A stretch of DNA of 64,000 nt from positions 248,001 through 312,000 of the forward strand of contig NIVC01000432.1 in assembly GCA_002269645.1 (NCBI GenBank). The letters are read 5' to 3'. Positions within the stretch are counted from its first letter, which is position 1. Each line of letters opens with the position of its first letter. This DNA comes from Macrostomum lignano. Taxonomy: Eukaryota. The notes beneath the pieces were generated by a model. That model was not told the origin of the DNA and made no database searches. It worked only from the letters and a program-made list of their open reading frames with translations. Below, one piece after another: positions 25,351 to 37,500 of the stretch. The translations under genes were made by a program, and so were the position numbers.

Positions 25351-28300
25351 AATTTTAAAGGATGCAAGGGACATAGGGAGAGTCAGGGAGAGGTCAGAGT
25401 TTGCCAATACATGTTTTAGAGTCAGACAGACATTGCCTGGCATTCTGTGGAGTACCCCAGCAAACAATATCAACGTTTGCCTCAAACCCTAATTTTACAC
25501 GAATGTGCTCCATTTTATGTCTACCTCTATCCTACTATTAATTTGTTTGTGTATGGCCTTAGATTTCAGAATACATGCAAAAGTAGTTCCGGGGATTAGA
25601 ATTCCCCGGGTTCAAAATCCGCGGGTTTCAACAGCTTGTATATACCTAAATTGAGGGGGTGTACCAATGATCTTTTACCCATTGGCCATAGAAGCCTTTA
25701 ATTTCATAATGTAGATAGAGCAAAAGGCCTAGCAATATATTAATGTTGCTAGCTTCAAAGCTTTTATTAAGAAAACTCTTTTTAACTTTTTAGGATTAGG
25801 ATAATATTAACTTTTTAGGATTAGGATAATAGGGCTTGAATGGAGATAAATGCAGTCATAACTCATAACTATATTTCTTTGATTTATTGTATTTTTGGAT
25901 ATTTGCTATCAAGGAAAATGCTTAATATCTATAGCCTATAAGATATATACTAATGTTTACTAGCAAGGGGTACTTGCTATTAGAAGGGTGCTTATTATCT
26001 AAGATATATTTGTTAAGCCTATCAAAGCCAAAGGATGCATGCTTTTAAGGGTATTTGCTATTTATTGGATGCTAGCTATCTAGAGATTTTTGCCATCTGT
26101 AGCTTCTTGTTATTTAGGAATGATAAAATGTCGAGGATTGCTAGAAGAATTGCTAAAAATCAAGGCTTATTTAGAGAATTGCTTTAATTTCAAGGCTTGA
26201 ATTGAATTGCTAAGCTAGATTTTGAAGCTTATTAGGAGAATTAAGGGCCTATTAAAGTGTCATGGCTTACTTGGAGGATTATTATAATGTCAAGGCTTGA
26301 ATTTAAATGCTAAGATGTCAATGTTTACTAATGAGAATCCCTGAGATATCAATTAGGCTTATTGGGGGAATTGCTAAGATCTCAATGTTTATTTAAGGGT
26401 AGGCCCCTATTGCTAAGATGTTAATGCTTATTGGGAGAATTGCACCAATGCCAATGCCAAGGCTTATAGGACTCAAATTATTTATTAATAATTTTTTCTT
26501 TGCTTATTGGCTATCTTGAAAGGGGGCACTAAGAGGGATAGGAAATTAATAAGCTATAATAAGGCATAGGGCCCTAGATACAAATATTAGTAGCCTAATA
26601 GGCTATAAAAAATAGAAATAGCAATGCAATGATCTAAATAATAAATTAGGGCCTAAAAATAAAATATAAAAAGAGATATTTAAAATAGGCCCTAATATAA
26701 GCCTACTAGTTTATATTTCAATTAGGCCTAATAAAAAAAATAATATTTATCTTATCTTATTATATTATATTTATAGCCTGAACAAAAAACTTATTGCAAA
26801 TCTATTTAAAAAATTTTCCCTCCCTAACAGAAGTTAGAAATGGCTTTTGGTTTGGAATATTATAATATAAATAATTACAATTAAAAACAATTAAGCTAAA
26901 ATGAAAGTAACAGGGCCCTATTGCAATAATAGGCCTATGAATATTTTTTTTAAAATAGGTCTAGGCCTATAGCAATGAGCAGGCTGGTAATCGCAGACAT
27001 TTATACTTGGGACCTAATCAACCTTCATTGCTCCCAAGACATGAAGATAGGCCTAATCTGCAATTCACAATACTTAATACTAAAATAAAATTCAAAGCAT
27101 TCAAAAGGCATAAAAGCACAAAAATGCATAAAATGGAGGCATATAGAACTAGCTTTAAAATTCTATTTGAATAAAAACAGTCCAATTATACTACTGACTA
27201 CATACTAGTCTACTGATTAGAACGCTGTAAAGTAGTAGTAGTAGTAGTAGTAAGAGAATTTGGCTCAGGCAATTAGCCTGTTTGGCCAATATATTATAGA
27301 GCTATGTATTTGGAATTTTCGAATATAGAAGTTTATAAAGACGATTTGACGACGATTTGCTGAGTTATTGTAAAAGATAAAGTATTTGAAAGCGCGCCAG
27401 AATTTTTACGGTATTTTTAGACGAAAACGTAAAAAATACGGGCGAAAAAAAATTTAAATTTTTACTTTCGCATACTACTGATCAATTCAGCGACCAAAAC
27501 AAAGAAGTGTTGATAAAACGCATAACGACTAACGACGTCGTAATCAAATGTATTTGCTTCAAAGTTACCCTAAACTCACATGTGTGGTTTATTAAGCTTG
27601 AAATATTTAGATAGCTGCCCGATGTATAATTCTGTCTCAAACAGATGAATTTCAAGGCTCTATTGTTGAATTTTTTAAATTTGCATTTTGGGTATAGATT
27701 TTCATGGTTGACTAATTGTCACAATTGTGTTCTACTCAAAGAGTAGACGAAGTTTGCCAGCTAATATGCTGGCAAAAAATATTCTTTATCAGTTGGGAGT
27801 AGGGCCTAGACAATGAATTTATTGCATAACAGATGGATTTGTCATTTTGTCAGAGATTGCGAGTCAGTCAAGTAAGAAGTGATTTAAAACTTATAAAAAT
27901 AGAATTTCGGCCTGATAACCTTTGTCGAAGTTGTATTCGTACACTACCATAATTTCATTGTTTATTTTAAAGTCAAGTCTCAACTATGTTTCACTAACAT
28001 CTTTAGGATGTAGTGCTCTTCAATACAATTGCTATAATTTACGGCGGCTGGGAGCAACCAACCACTTCGATCAAGACCCTACAAAAGGTTTTGATCCGCT
28101 GGCCTGTAAATAAAAAGTCGCTTTATTAATGAAGAGTGCGTTGGGTTTTATAATTTTTTTTTGATTGAAGAACAGATAGTCAGCAAAATATTATTTCACA
28201 ACACAATAAGAAGCTCCGCCATTTAATAGTTTAAATGTTTTTAAGGTCATCTAAGGTCATTTGAAAATTTGACTTCGTGGTATAGTGAGCATATTTCTAT

Positions 28301-28729
28301 AGGCCCCTAGCATTTTCAAATCTTAAGAAGTGTTATTTGTGATTATAGGCATGGTAGAAAAGTGTTTAAGAAGTAATTCTACCACTACTGAAATTGTTAG
28401 ACTGATATTGAAATGATGGCTTAGTATGACTATTATTCCACTCCATGACCGATGAACATGCATGGGCATTGCCGTCTATGCTTAGTCCTTTATTATTATT
28501 ATTGTCTTATTGCCTTTTTGTTGCAGGCTTTTTGCTTAGGCCTAGTGTAGCCTGTAGGTAGTTTATTTCAAAAGCAGAACACAAGACACCATTTTTTGTA
28601 AATGTAGGCTTCCTTAACTGTGAATGAACAATTGGAAAATGGGCATAGTTGGACAGGCATGCCATAGGCTAGACAATAAGCAATCAGACCAAAAGACAAT
28701 TTACAATCAGACCATAAGACAATTATGAG

Positions 28730-29200
28730 CATCACTATTATCTTCATCTGTCACTCTCACTATCTGCCACTCTCTCCATTTATCACTCTCCATCAGCCAC
28801 TCTCTTATCTTGCTACTTTCCATTTGTCACTCTCTCTATCTGCCACTCTTAACCTGCCACTTTCCATCTGTCATTCTCACCATTTGCCACTCTCTCCATT
28901 TGTTACTCTCTCCATCAGCCACTCTCTTATCTTGCTATTCTCCATCTGTCACTCTCTCTAGCCTACCTGTCACTCTCTCTATCTGTCACTTACTATCTGC
29001 CACTTTTTCCATCTGTCACTCTCAATCTGCCATTCTCTTATCTTGCTACTCTCCATCTGTCACTCTCGCCATCATCTGTCATCTCTTCGTCTGTCACTTT
29101 CTCCATCTGTCATTCTCTCCATCTGTCACTCTCTCCATTTGCCACTTTCCATATCTATTCTCTTATCCTACCACTCTCCATCTCCATCTGTCACTCTGCT
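28730..29200. repeat. Degenerate pyrimidine-rich repeat (CCATCTGTCACTCTC-like)
   Basis: Recurrent ATCTGTCACTCT and GCCACTCTC units. Confidence 0.8.
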
Positions 29201-30613
29201 TAATAGATAGATTTTTATATGAAGCATATAGAAGAAAGATTATAAAATATATATTAATATTTTCATAATTTTAATCATAAGAAACAAAATAATTTTTTAT
29301 TTTTGTATGCTCTATAATTTTTATATTAATATTTGTACATCTATATTTACTTTTTGAACTCAAATAATAATGGTTAATATTTTCTGAATATTTGCTATTA
29401 GCTATAATTAAAAGAAGAAAGAGACCTTATACAAATACCAAAAATAATTTTCATAGTTCTTTTCAATATTTTCTTATCCTAGACACCTAGTGAGTACTTA
29501 TCAAAACAAAAAAAATATATATGCTTCAACATAAAAAAACAAACAATTAAATGCAATACACACTTTAACTACAAACTAAAATTTCAACCCAACAACACTT
29601 AAAGCTTTAGTAGAGCTCATATATCTGTATTGAAGATGAATAATTTTTAATCAGGTAAAAATCAAACCCCATCAAGAACTCGCTTATTTCCTATGTCTTG
29701 GTAGTTGATTATTAACCTTTGAGACTATAAGGTGGGTGGTTTCCAATAGGTCAAGAATTAGTATACTTAAACTTAAATAAGGCTTTATGCCTCTATTGAA
29801 CTTAAGACTTATAAAATCATTAATCAATCCCCAGGAAAATCCTTGTGTTATAAAAATTTTGTTCCCTATACTCTAAGTGTTTGGTTTTATGCTACATAGA
29901 TCTAGGCTGAAACTAAATAAAAATATGAAATGAGCATCTCCTTAACCTTTAAAATTTAAAAAATATGATCTTACTACAAGTATGTAAACTTAGCTAGTAG
30001 CAAATCTTGTAAGATTCTAGTAAAAAATATTAGCCAAAATGCTCTAGCATATTTGATTTCTTTTCCCTTTTGAAGGAGACCTTTAAAAATTTTAACTTTT
30101 TTTGCTAAACTCAACTTTTTAACTTTATGGTTGTTAAATAAATGCCAACTTTCTATGCACATTTGATATTTAGTTTTGTATTGAATAATATATTTTTATT
30201 TAAGGCAAAGAAGTATTTTACACCTCTATATCAATATCTTACATTGCAGGTCCTGCTTGTTGTGCAACTCTAATTAATGTTAATTGGAAACAGTTTAAAT
30301 AAGTTTGCAATGTCAACTAATTTACAGGTGAGCTATTTAAGTAGTATACTTCTATCTAGCATATCAATCGAATGGCATGCTTTCATATTGATTTTGTTAT
30401 AAAGTCAGTAAGCCAAATATAATATATTTTAAGGGACTTAAATGAAAAATCGTGTATTTAAAATGAACTCATGAAGAATAATTGATTTTTTTCTCTGTTT
30501 ACATTGTGCATGTGGTGTATTGAAAATTGTGCAGCTGATGCGTCGGTTTTGCTGTCTCTGTTCACTTTATATGTATTATAGTTTTATAAACTCATAGGTG
30601 CAATGCCCAGGTA

Positions 30614-33001
30614 TCATTGCCAGGCTGCATTGCATGGATATGGCAGATTGCTTGACTCGGCTCTCACAGTCGCCTTGCACACAATACGACCATCCTGAAT
30701 GCGACACTTGACTGGATGCCTAGCCGTCATATAGCACTTCACCTGGCCTGATCGAGTAGTAAAGCATTCTATTCGGTGACGCGTTGTTGGACACTGCGTC
30801 ATTGGGAGCGCCCTAGCTTCTGGCGCGGCCGCTGCCGCATTTGGCAGTCTTTTCTGTCTGCTGTAGTCGCCTTTGCTAGTGGCGCTGCTGCTCCTCCGTC
30901 CTAGCCGCCGCCCCCGCTGTGACCGCCTGCTGTCTGTCTCGTCACTAGACGATGATGTCGATGAAGACGCTGTGTCCGCGCTAGGCTTGACCTTACTTGA
31001 CCTGATTGGCGCCTCTTCGTACTCTTCGTCGTCCAGGTCCAGGTCGTCTAGTTCGCCAAGCGAATCCTTGTCGCCTTCCGTAAGAAAATCGTCGCCTATG
31101 TCGTAGTCTTCGTCGTTATCTATTGTGGTTGAGGCCAACGTGTCCGTTGTCGACTGCATATCAGCGTCCAGCTCGCTAGGCCGAGTTCCAACCAGGCCAG
31201 CGAAGCCTTTGGACTTAATTAGCTGTGCCGCTTTAAGCACTTCCACCTGCACTAGCCTAGTAACTATCCCGGTCTGTGGCTCCATGAATTTCGACTCGCC
31301 AACCTCTTGAGCAGTGTAAATAATGCCATCGCCGTCTTCGCTAGCGTCGTCGCTATCTAATAAATTGTTGAATTCTCTGTTCGAATGCATCCTAATCTCC
31401 GGTTTAATAGCGCCTGTTCTCCAGTAAACGGCCGATTTGATGTAGGATATTTGAGCTATGACAATCGGACTACTAATATGGCTCTGGATCTCTTCTTCTT
31501 CCTCCTCGCGCTCGTTTGTTGCTGACGATAGCATCTTTAGCGTTTTAGAATCCGCGCTGTTGTGACAGGTGATCGAGGTGAATGTGCGCAGCCCAAACCC
31601 CTGCTGCTGTTGAAAAGAGATGGTGCTGCTGGTTACGGTTTTTAAATTGTTTGCGGTATTGAAAGCCTGGCCATTGTCGGTTGCTTCTCTAAATTGCACT
31701 TCATTGTTAAAGTTGGCTCTGTCATCGTCCGAGCGAACCTCCTGTTCCGTTGCTGACGGCTCATCGGCTATTAGCCACACGACCGGTTTTGGCAGATTAG
31801 TAGCTTGTTCGTATCGGCATTTTTCCGGCTTGATAAGTCGTACCACGTTGAACTCGTTTCCAAGCGCTTTCTTGCCCAAACTGTTGCAATAACTGGCTAC
31901 ATTGACTTGTGGCCGAACTGTTTCCTCCAAATTTGTCTTATTCAACACTGTGGATCCCTGGTTTTCCGATCCCTGAATTTGCGAATTCTTGAGATGGGGC
32001 ATTGTCAGATTTTGACTGCCTGCTCCGTTTTCTTCTCGGCCAGCCAGCTGTTGTTCCACTTGTTTTTCGCCGGCTTTTTCATTGATATCAAGTGTCAGTA
32101 GTGCTTCAAAGGTATCTTTGCCGGCTACAGCGTCAACCAGACTCCCAGATTGTTGGCGTCGTCGCAGATTCTTTTTTTCCTTGCTTCGCTGTTCCAGTTT
32201 GCGACTGTCGGTTGCCGCGGTCGCTTCTTGCAGACAGTCGCTGTTGCTGCTACCTCTTTGCGCGCACTGAGGCGCAGTGGAGCCCCAGATTGAGGGCCAA
32301 CTTTCTGGCCAATCGATTTCACTTGTCCTCTCTGATTGGCAGTCGACTTTCTTTTGCTTCTGCTGCTGCTGCTGCTGCTGCTGACATTTTACCTTTGCCC
32401 ACTGACAACGCGAGTGCTGTTGCATCGTGTTAGAGAGGCTTAGGTTCCGCCTGCTATGCCGATGCTCGTGATAATGCTGGTGCTTTCGATGCTTTAAATG
32501 CTCCTGATCCAGGCCCGATTCGTTGGGCCGACTGTGAGCTCTGCGCCGATTTTGACACCTGTGCAAGTGGGACGGCAAAGGCGCATCGCCGGCTAGACTG
32601 CTGTCGAAGAAGTCCACCATTGTGGCTGTACGAATTTTTTTATTATTAACCTGTTTGGTCATGCTCGCAGCAAAATACTTTCTACTAGCGCTGCCGAAGT
32701 CCCGATTGCGACGCGTTTCACATGCCGGCTGCTGCTTGGCGCTGTAGTTAAACATTGACGGATCCCGGTCTGGACAGTGCGCTGATTTGTGCCGCGCCCC
32801 GGCTATCGCTTGACGCTGCCACTTTTTATAAAGCCGCTCAGTGGCCCAGATATCGATTGACGCGATCTTATTTACCACTTCGCGCTTGTCATTCAGTGCC
32901 TTGGCCTTGGCCGCTAGTCGTCTATCGTAGTCCTGATAGGCTTGTCGACGCCTGTGCTTGCTCCGATGCTCGGACAGGCCCGCCCGATTGTCAGTGTCCA
33001 T
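30614..33001 (-). CDS. Intronless hypothetical low-complexity protein (about 795 aa) with poly-Q, acidic tract and Cys-rich C-terminus
   Basis: A 2.4-kb stop-free, non-repetitive, GC-elevated frame in AT-rich surroundings. First ATG is at 33001; the track starts at an upstream GTG (33019). No recognisable domain; an upstream exon is possible. Confidence 0.7.
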   Translation of the reverse strand: MDTDNRAGLSEHRSKHRRRQAYQDYDRRLAAKAKALNDKREVVNKIASIDIWATERLYKKWQRQAIAGARHKSAHCPDRDPSMFNYSAKQQPACETRRNRDFGSASRKYFAASMTKQVNNKKIRTATMVDFFDSSLAGDAPLPSHLHRCQNRRRAHSRPNESGLDQEHLKHRKHQHYHEHRHSRRNLSLSNTMQQHSRCQWAKVKCQQQQQQQQKQKKVDCQSERTSEIDWPESWPSIWGSTAPQCAQRGSSNSDCLQEATAATDSRKLEQRSKEKKNLRRRQQSGSLVDAVAGKDTFEALLTLDINEKAGEKQVEQQLAGREENGAGSQNLTMPHLKNSQIQGSENQGSTVLNKTNLEETVRPQVNVASYCNSLGKKALGNEFNVVRLIKPEKCRYEQATNLPKPVVWLIADEPSATEQEVRSDDDRANFNNEVQFREATDNGQAFNTANNLKTVTSSTISFQQQQGFGLRTFTSITCHNSADSKTLKMLSSATNEREEEEEEIQSHISSPIVIAQISYIKSAVYWRTGAIKPEIRMHSNREFNNLLDSDDASEDGDGIIYTAQEVGESKFMEPQTGIVTRLVQVEVLKAAQLIKSKGFAGLVGTRPSELDADMQSTTDTLASTTIDNDEDYDIGDDFLTEGDKDSLGELDDLDLDDEEYEEAPIRSSKVKPSADTASSSTSSSSDETDSRRSQRGRRLGRRSSSATSKGDYSRQKRLPNAAAAAPEARALPMTQCPTTRHRIECFTTRSGQVKCYMTARHPVKCRIQDGRIVCKATVRAESSNLPYPCNAAWQ

Positions 33002-33499
33002 TGTTTCTAGCAATGTCACGGCATACGCATGCTGTCCAGTAATTTGTTGATTTAAAAATCTTTGCCTCCCGTCACATTAGTTACTCTTGTGCTTTTAATC
33101 ATTTAAAAAAATTGATTTTCTGAGCTTTGTCTATGATCGAATTGGGCAAAGGCTGAAGCTATTTTTGTCAGTAGTGCTCTGCACTGTTTATTAGTTAGAT
33201 TTAAATATAGAACTTCATTGTATTTGGAGCATTTTCATAATTTCTATGGTCAAATCTCTGACAAAAACGGCACAGAGTTCAAGCACTAGCCCATGGAGTT
33301 GTATAATATTGACGTTGCGTAGTAGGTAAGGGGCTGAAATAATGGCCAAACACGAGTGCGCGTTGCTTGAACTCGTACGAGCTATATACTCGTAAACAGC
33401 ATTTGGAGTGGACGCTGACGTGTGCCTATAAAGATGAACCTATGGTAGCTAACAGCTTATTGGTTAGGTGTTTAAAGTGTCAGAATCGCAGTGCCATCT

Positions 33500-33720
33500 T
33501 CCATCCTGGGTTCGAACTCTAGTCTAGCGCAGCGCTCTTATGTGCCAGCGGCCCAGGTTCGATTCCAAGTGCAGTCACATTAATTTGGGGGCTAAATTGG
33601 AATCTCGGCTTGGCTCTGCTCTGCTCGTGCAATTTACGCCCTTGAGGGCTCCTGTGTGAGTGTGTGCCTGTGCGTATGGCTGCGTACGTATCCGAGCGCT
33701 TGTGTGCCTGCGGTGTTCGG
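33500..33720 (+). mobile_element. tRNA-derived SINE-like element, copy 1
   Basis: B-box GGTTCGATTCC at 33556-33566 and a second B-box-like GGGTTCGAACTC at 33508-33519. The body is closely similar to the reverse complement of 45530-45750. Confidence 0.6.
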
Positions 33721-33916
33721 TGTTCGAACATAAACCGAACATAAATAGAAAATAGAAACATAAAATTGGCCTAAACTTTTCGGCCTTGCTTTACAGTGGT
33801 TTGTGGCTAACGCTTAAATTTTTGCTCAATAGGATGAAATTGTTCGAAATGTTTATTGTTAAAAACTTCATGATCCGATTATGCAACTAACATTGGGCGC
33901 GGCTACAGACATCGGC

Positions 33917-34019
33917 TAAATAATCAGCGGTCCCAGTGCGTGACAACGATTGTCTGGAGAGCGCCGGTAGGCGAGCCATAGACAAATCGTTGTCACGTGC
34001 TGCGACAGCTGATTCTTTA
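33917..34019. other. 103-nt imperfect hairpin (mini-MITE or pre-miRNA-like)
   Basis: TAAATAATCAGCGGTCCCAGTGCGTGACAACGATTGTCT pairs with AGACAAATCGTTGTCACGTGCTGCGACAGCTGATTCTTTA around a 24-nt loop. Confidence 0.6.
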
Positions 34020-34544
34020 CATTGTTTTTCTGTTTGACGATTCTACAGACAATGCATTTTTTGTAGTAATGAATTGTTCTGCATTAAAAATGTGAAAAAA
34101 ATTATCGTCAAATTGCTAAAACAATGATTGACAGAGCAATAGAGGTTATCTGTTCAGCAGCTCCCCATATCTGTACCCCATTCGCGTACAATAGTAGCTA
34201 TTTTTTCTTAGCCTTACTTGCTAGAAGCCTCTCCGTCTCTTCGCTCTAGCTCGTAAGTTCGTACATCAATGCAAATTTGGCAATCTGTGCAGTTGCAATG
34301 TGAAATACAAATATATGCTCTACAGTCTACATCTACATAGTGCTTACGCTCGGGCTGGCTTTAAATAAACTTTAGCTTAGCTGTTTAGACGTGTCTATCT
34401 TAGTTTTGTGAATATTTATTGAAACTTTCAGCGCCAGCCTCTACTAGCCTGTGTCCAGTGAGACAAAACTCGATTGTTCGCGTGTTCAACTACCTCTCTT
34501 GCCTGTGGTTTATCTAACTGCTATAAATATATCTAACTGCCTGC

Positions 34545-37500
34545 ATGCATCGCTCCGGCTCTGTGCCAATGTCGAACTCAAGCCGGCTGCTCAGTCGGCT
34601 GGCGAGCTGGCGTCGTCAACTCTCCAGCGACTTCGCGCCCAAAGCCAGGCCCGCCGCTCCGGCCGGCCTGCGCATACCCAGATCCTCGCCGTCGGCGTCT
34701 TCAGCCGGCGAATCCTTGCCGCCGCCGCCCGCTCGCACAATGGAAGTGCAGATGTCTCTGTATGAACTGATGCAGGAGAAGTATTCGGCTGCTAAGCAGT
34801 ATGCTCAATTCAGGTGAGGTTAACCCTTGATCTTTCACTGCCCTTGGGTGAATTTAGATATATCCCATTCTCGGTATTCTGGGCAAAATTACTGATATAT
34901 CCCAGTTTTGGGATTGCTGAGACTGAAATATCACGTTTTGGTATTATGGAGATCAGGAATTGAAATATCCCAATTTGGGATTTCAAGAATCGAGAGAGAC
35001 TGTGGTTAGGATTTTATCCTATTGTTGGGATTTTTTCGGCTATTGGAACTGGAGTATCCCATTTTTAGGATTTTAGGGAATAAGGAGTGGAGTGTACCTT
35101 TTGGGATCTTAGGGAATTAGGACTAAATTCAACCGCGAGCAACCCCGCGCAGCCACAAAGGTGGCAGCCTAAATAGGCACGCGCACGCACCAACGCACCC
35201 ACCACCCCACCAGACAGCCAGCACCCAAACAGCCCCCCTTGCACTAACAGCCCCGTTGGATTTTGAGTTTTTAAAGTAGGCATGAAAGGTGAAGAGTTTT
35301 GCACCTTCTGCCTCACTTTCGCCTCCCCTATGCCTATTTTGTGCCACTTGTGCACCTTTTGTTCACCTGAGTGCCTCTGCAGGGGCGGAAGGTGAATTTA
35401 AGGCACGAAATAGGCGGTAGGGGCACAGGTGTCGTAGGGGAGTTAGGTGCATAAAAGGTGCACAGTGTGCGTTGAGGCACAAAAGGTGAATAAAGTAGGA
35501 ATTGGGGGCATTGGGGGAGTGAAATGTGAATAAAAGGTGCGCTGCGGTGGAGGTGCATAAAAAGTGTATAGTGTGCACTGGAGGCACGAAAGGTGAATAA
35601 AAGGTGCACAGGGGGCACTTTAGGCGTAGAGGCAATGCAAGGGGCGTTAAAGTTTCAACTGGCGAAGTTCTTTGCTATCTTTTCTCACTATTGGAAACTT
35701 TTCCTCACTAATGCAAACCTTTTCATCACTTTTCGGAACTTTTCCTGAGTATTTGAAAGTAATTAAGACTTATCAGTATAGGAAATGTTTAGTTTCGTGG
35801 TTTGTCAGGATCAGGAAGGGGATAGCAGCGATTAGTATAGGTGTAAATAAAGCTTTTCTATGTTCAATCTGTGCGTGCAATGTACGAGTATGTAATGTAA
35901 CTCTCAGTTAATTTTTGTTACGAATTATTAATGCGTTAATATTCGTGCATAGGCATGGAAGGTGAGCGAGGTGCACAGAAGAGGCACTTTAGGGGTCTAT
36001 AATTTCGAGCGTGTTTTGAAAATGCACCTGTGTACATATTTACGCCGCACATGTACACCTTATGCACCTCTAATTCACCTTTCGTGCCTGAAATGCACCT
36101 TAAATGCACCTCTAATTCACCTTTCATGCGCTTTCTGCGCCCCTTCAGCACCTCTGGTGCACCTGATGTGCCTCACTTGTGAGCCTACTCTTCACCTTTT
36201 GCGCACCTCCAGTGCCCCTTATATACCTTTACTGCCCCTACCGCCGCAACCAATCAAAATTGAGAATTCACCTACTGCCTGACCACTTCACCGATTTTAC
36301 ACCTTTCATGCCTCTTTTCAAAAATATTGGTGACATTTAGGCATAAAAGGTGCACTCAGGTGCATTTCCAAAACACGCACGAAATAGGCCACCAGGGTGC
36401 CTCTTTTGTGCACCTCGTTCACCTTTTATGCCTCTGCAGGTGCATAACTTTTCCAACGGGAGCGGTTAGCCCTCGCGGGCTCGCGCAAACCGATGCATGG
36501 AATATCCCATTTTTAGATTTCAGGGAATCGGGATTAGAATATTCCTTTTAGAATTTTAGGGAACTGGGAGTGAATATCCTTTTTGGGATTTTTGAGAATC
36601 GGGGCTGAAATATCCCATTTTTGGGATTTCGGAAAGTAAGAATATAGCATATCATATATTTAAGATTTCGCTATCCAGCGCTTTTAGAAATAATGCTAAA
36701 TGTATTTTACAGATCCAAGCGACCCCGTACAGACTATCGCAATTGGACCACCCTGATCTTCACCAACACGGAGATGTCACTGCAGGACATCGATGTGTAT
36801 GGCTTTGACTACGACTTCACTCTGGCCAACTACAACGACAATGTCGCCGCTTTCATGTTCGAATCCGCTAAGCGTCACCTCGTACAGCGGTACAACTATC
36901 CGCGCAACATTATGCACTTTCTCTATAACCCGAGCTTCGCCGCTCGCGGTATGCATTTCGACATCAAACGGGGCCTGTTCTTGAAAACTGACGCTGTGCA
37001 CAATATTCAGCCGGGAACTGTCTATCGAGGCCTTAGGTCGTTGAGCTCGGATCAGGTTGCCAAAATCTACAAGGGCACTCGGATTCCTGACAGCTATCTG
37101 AAAGAGTTTGGCGATGTGAGTCGGTTTGAATTTTTATGATGGGACGATTATCCCAGTCTTTTACTTAAAAAGTGTCCCGAATTGATCCCGAGAATCATCC
37201 CAAATTAATCCCAAAAATCATCCCGAATTGATCCCGAGAATCATCCCGAATCGATCCCGAGAATCATCCCGAATCGATCCCGAAAATCATCCCTAATTAA
37301 TCCCTAGAATCATCCCGAATTGATCCCGAGAATCATCCCGAATTGATCCCGAGAATCATCCCGAATCGATCCCGAGAATCATCCCGAATCGATCCCGAGA
37401 ATCATCCCGAATCGATCCCGAGAATCATCCCTAATTAATCCCTAGAATCATCCCTAATTAATCCCTAGAATCATCCCTAATTAATCCCGAGAATCATCCC

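Noticed and set aside
23910-25485. Leu/Ser/Phe-rich 'membrane protein' ORFs
   Set aside because: Reverse complement of a polypurine tract.
33500-33570. tRNA gene
   Set aside because: B-boxes are present but no complete cloverleaf could be built. It continues into a body shared with a second copy, so it is treated as a SINE.
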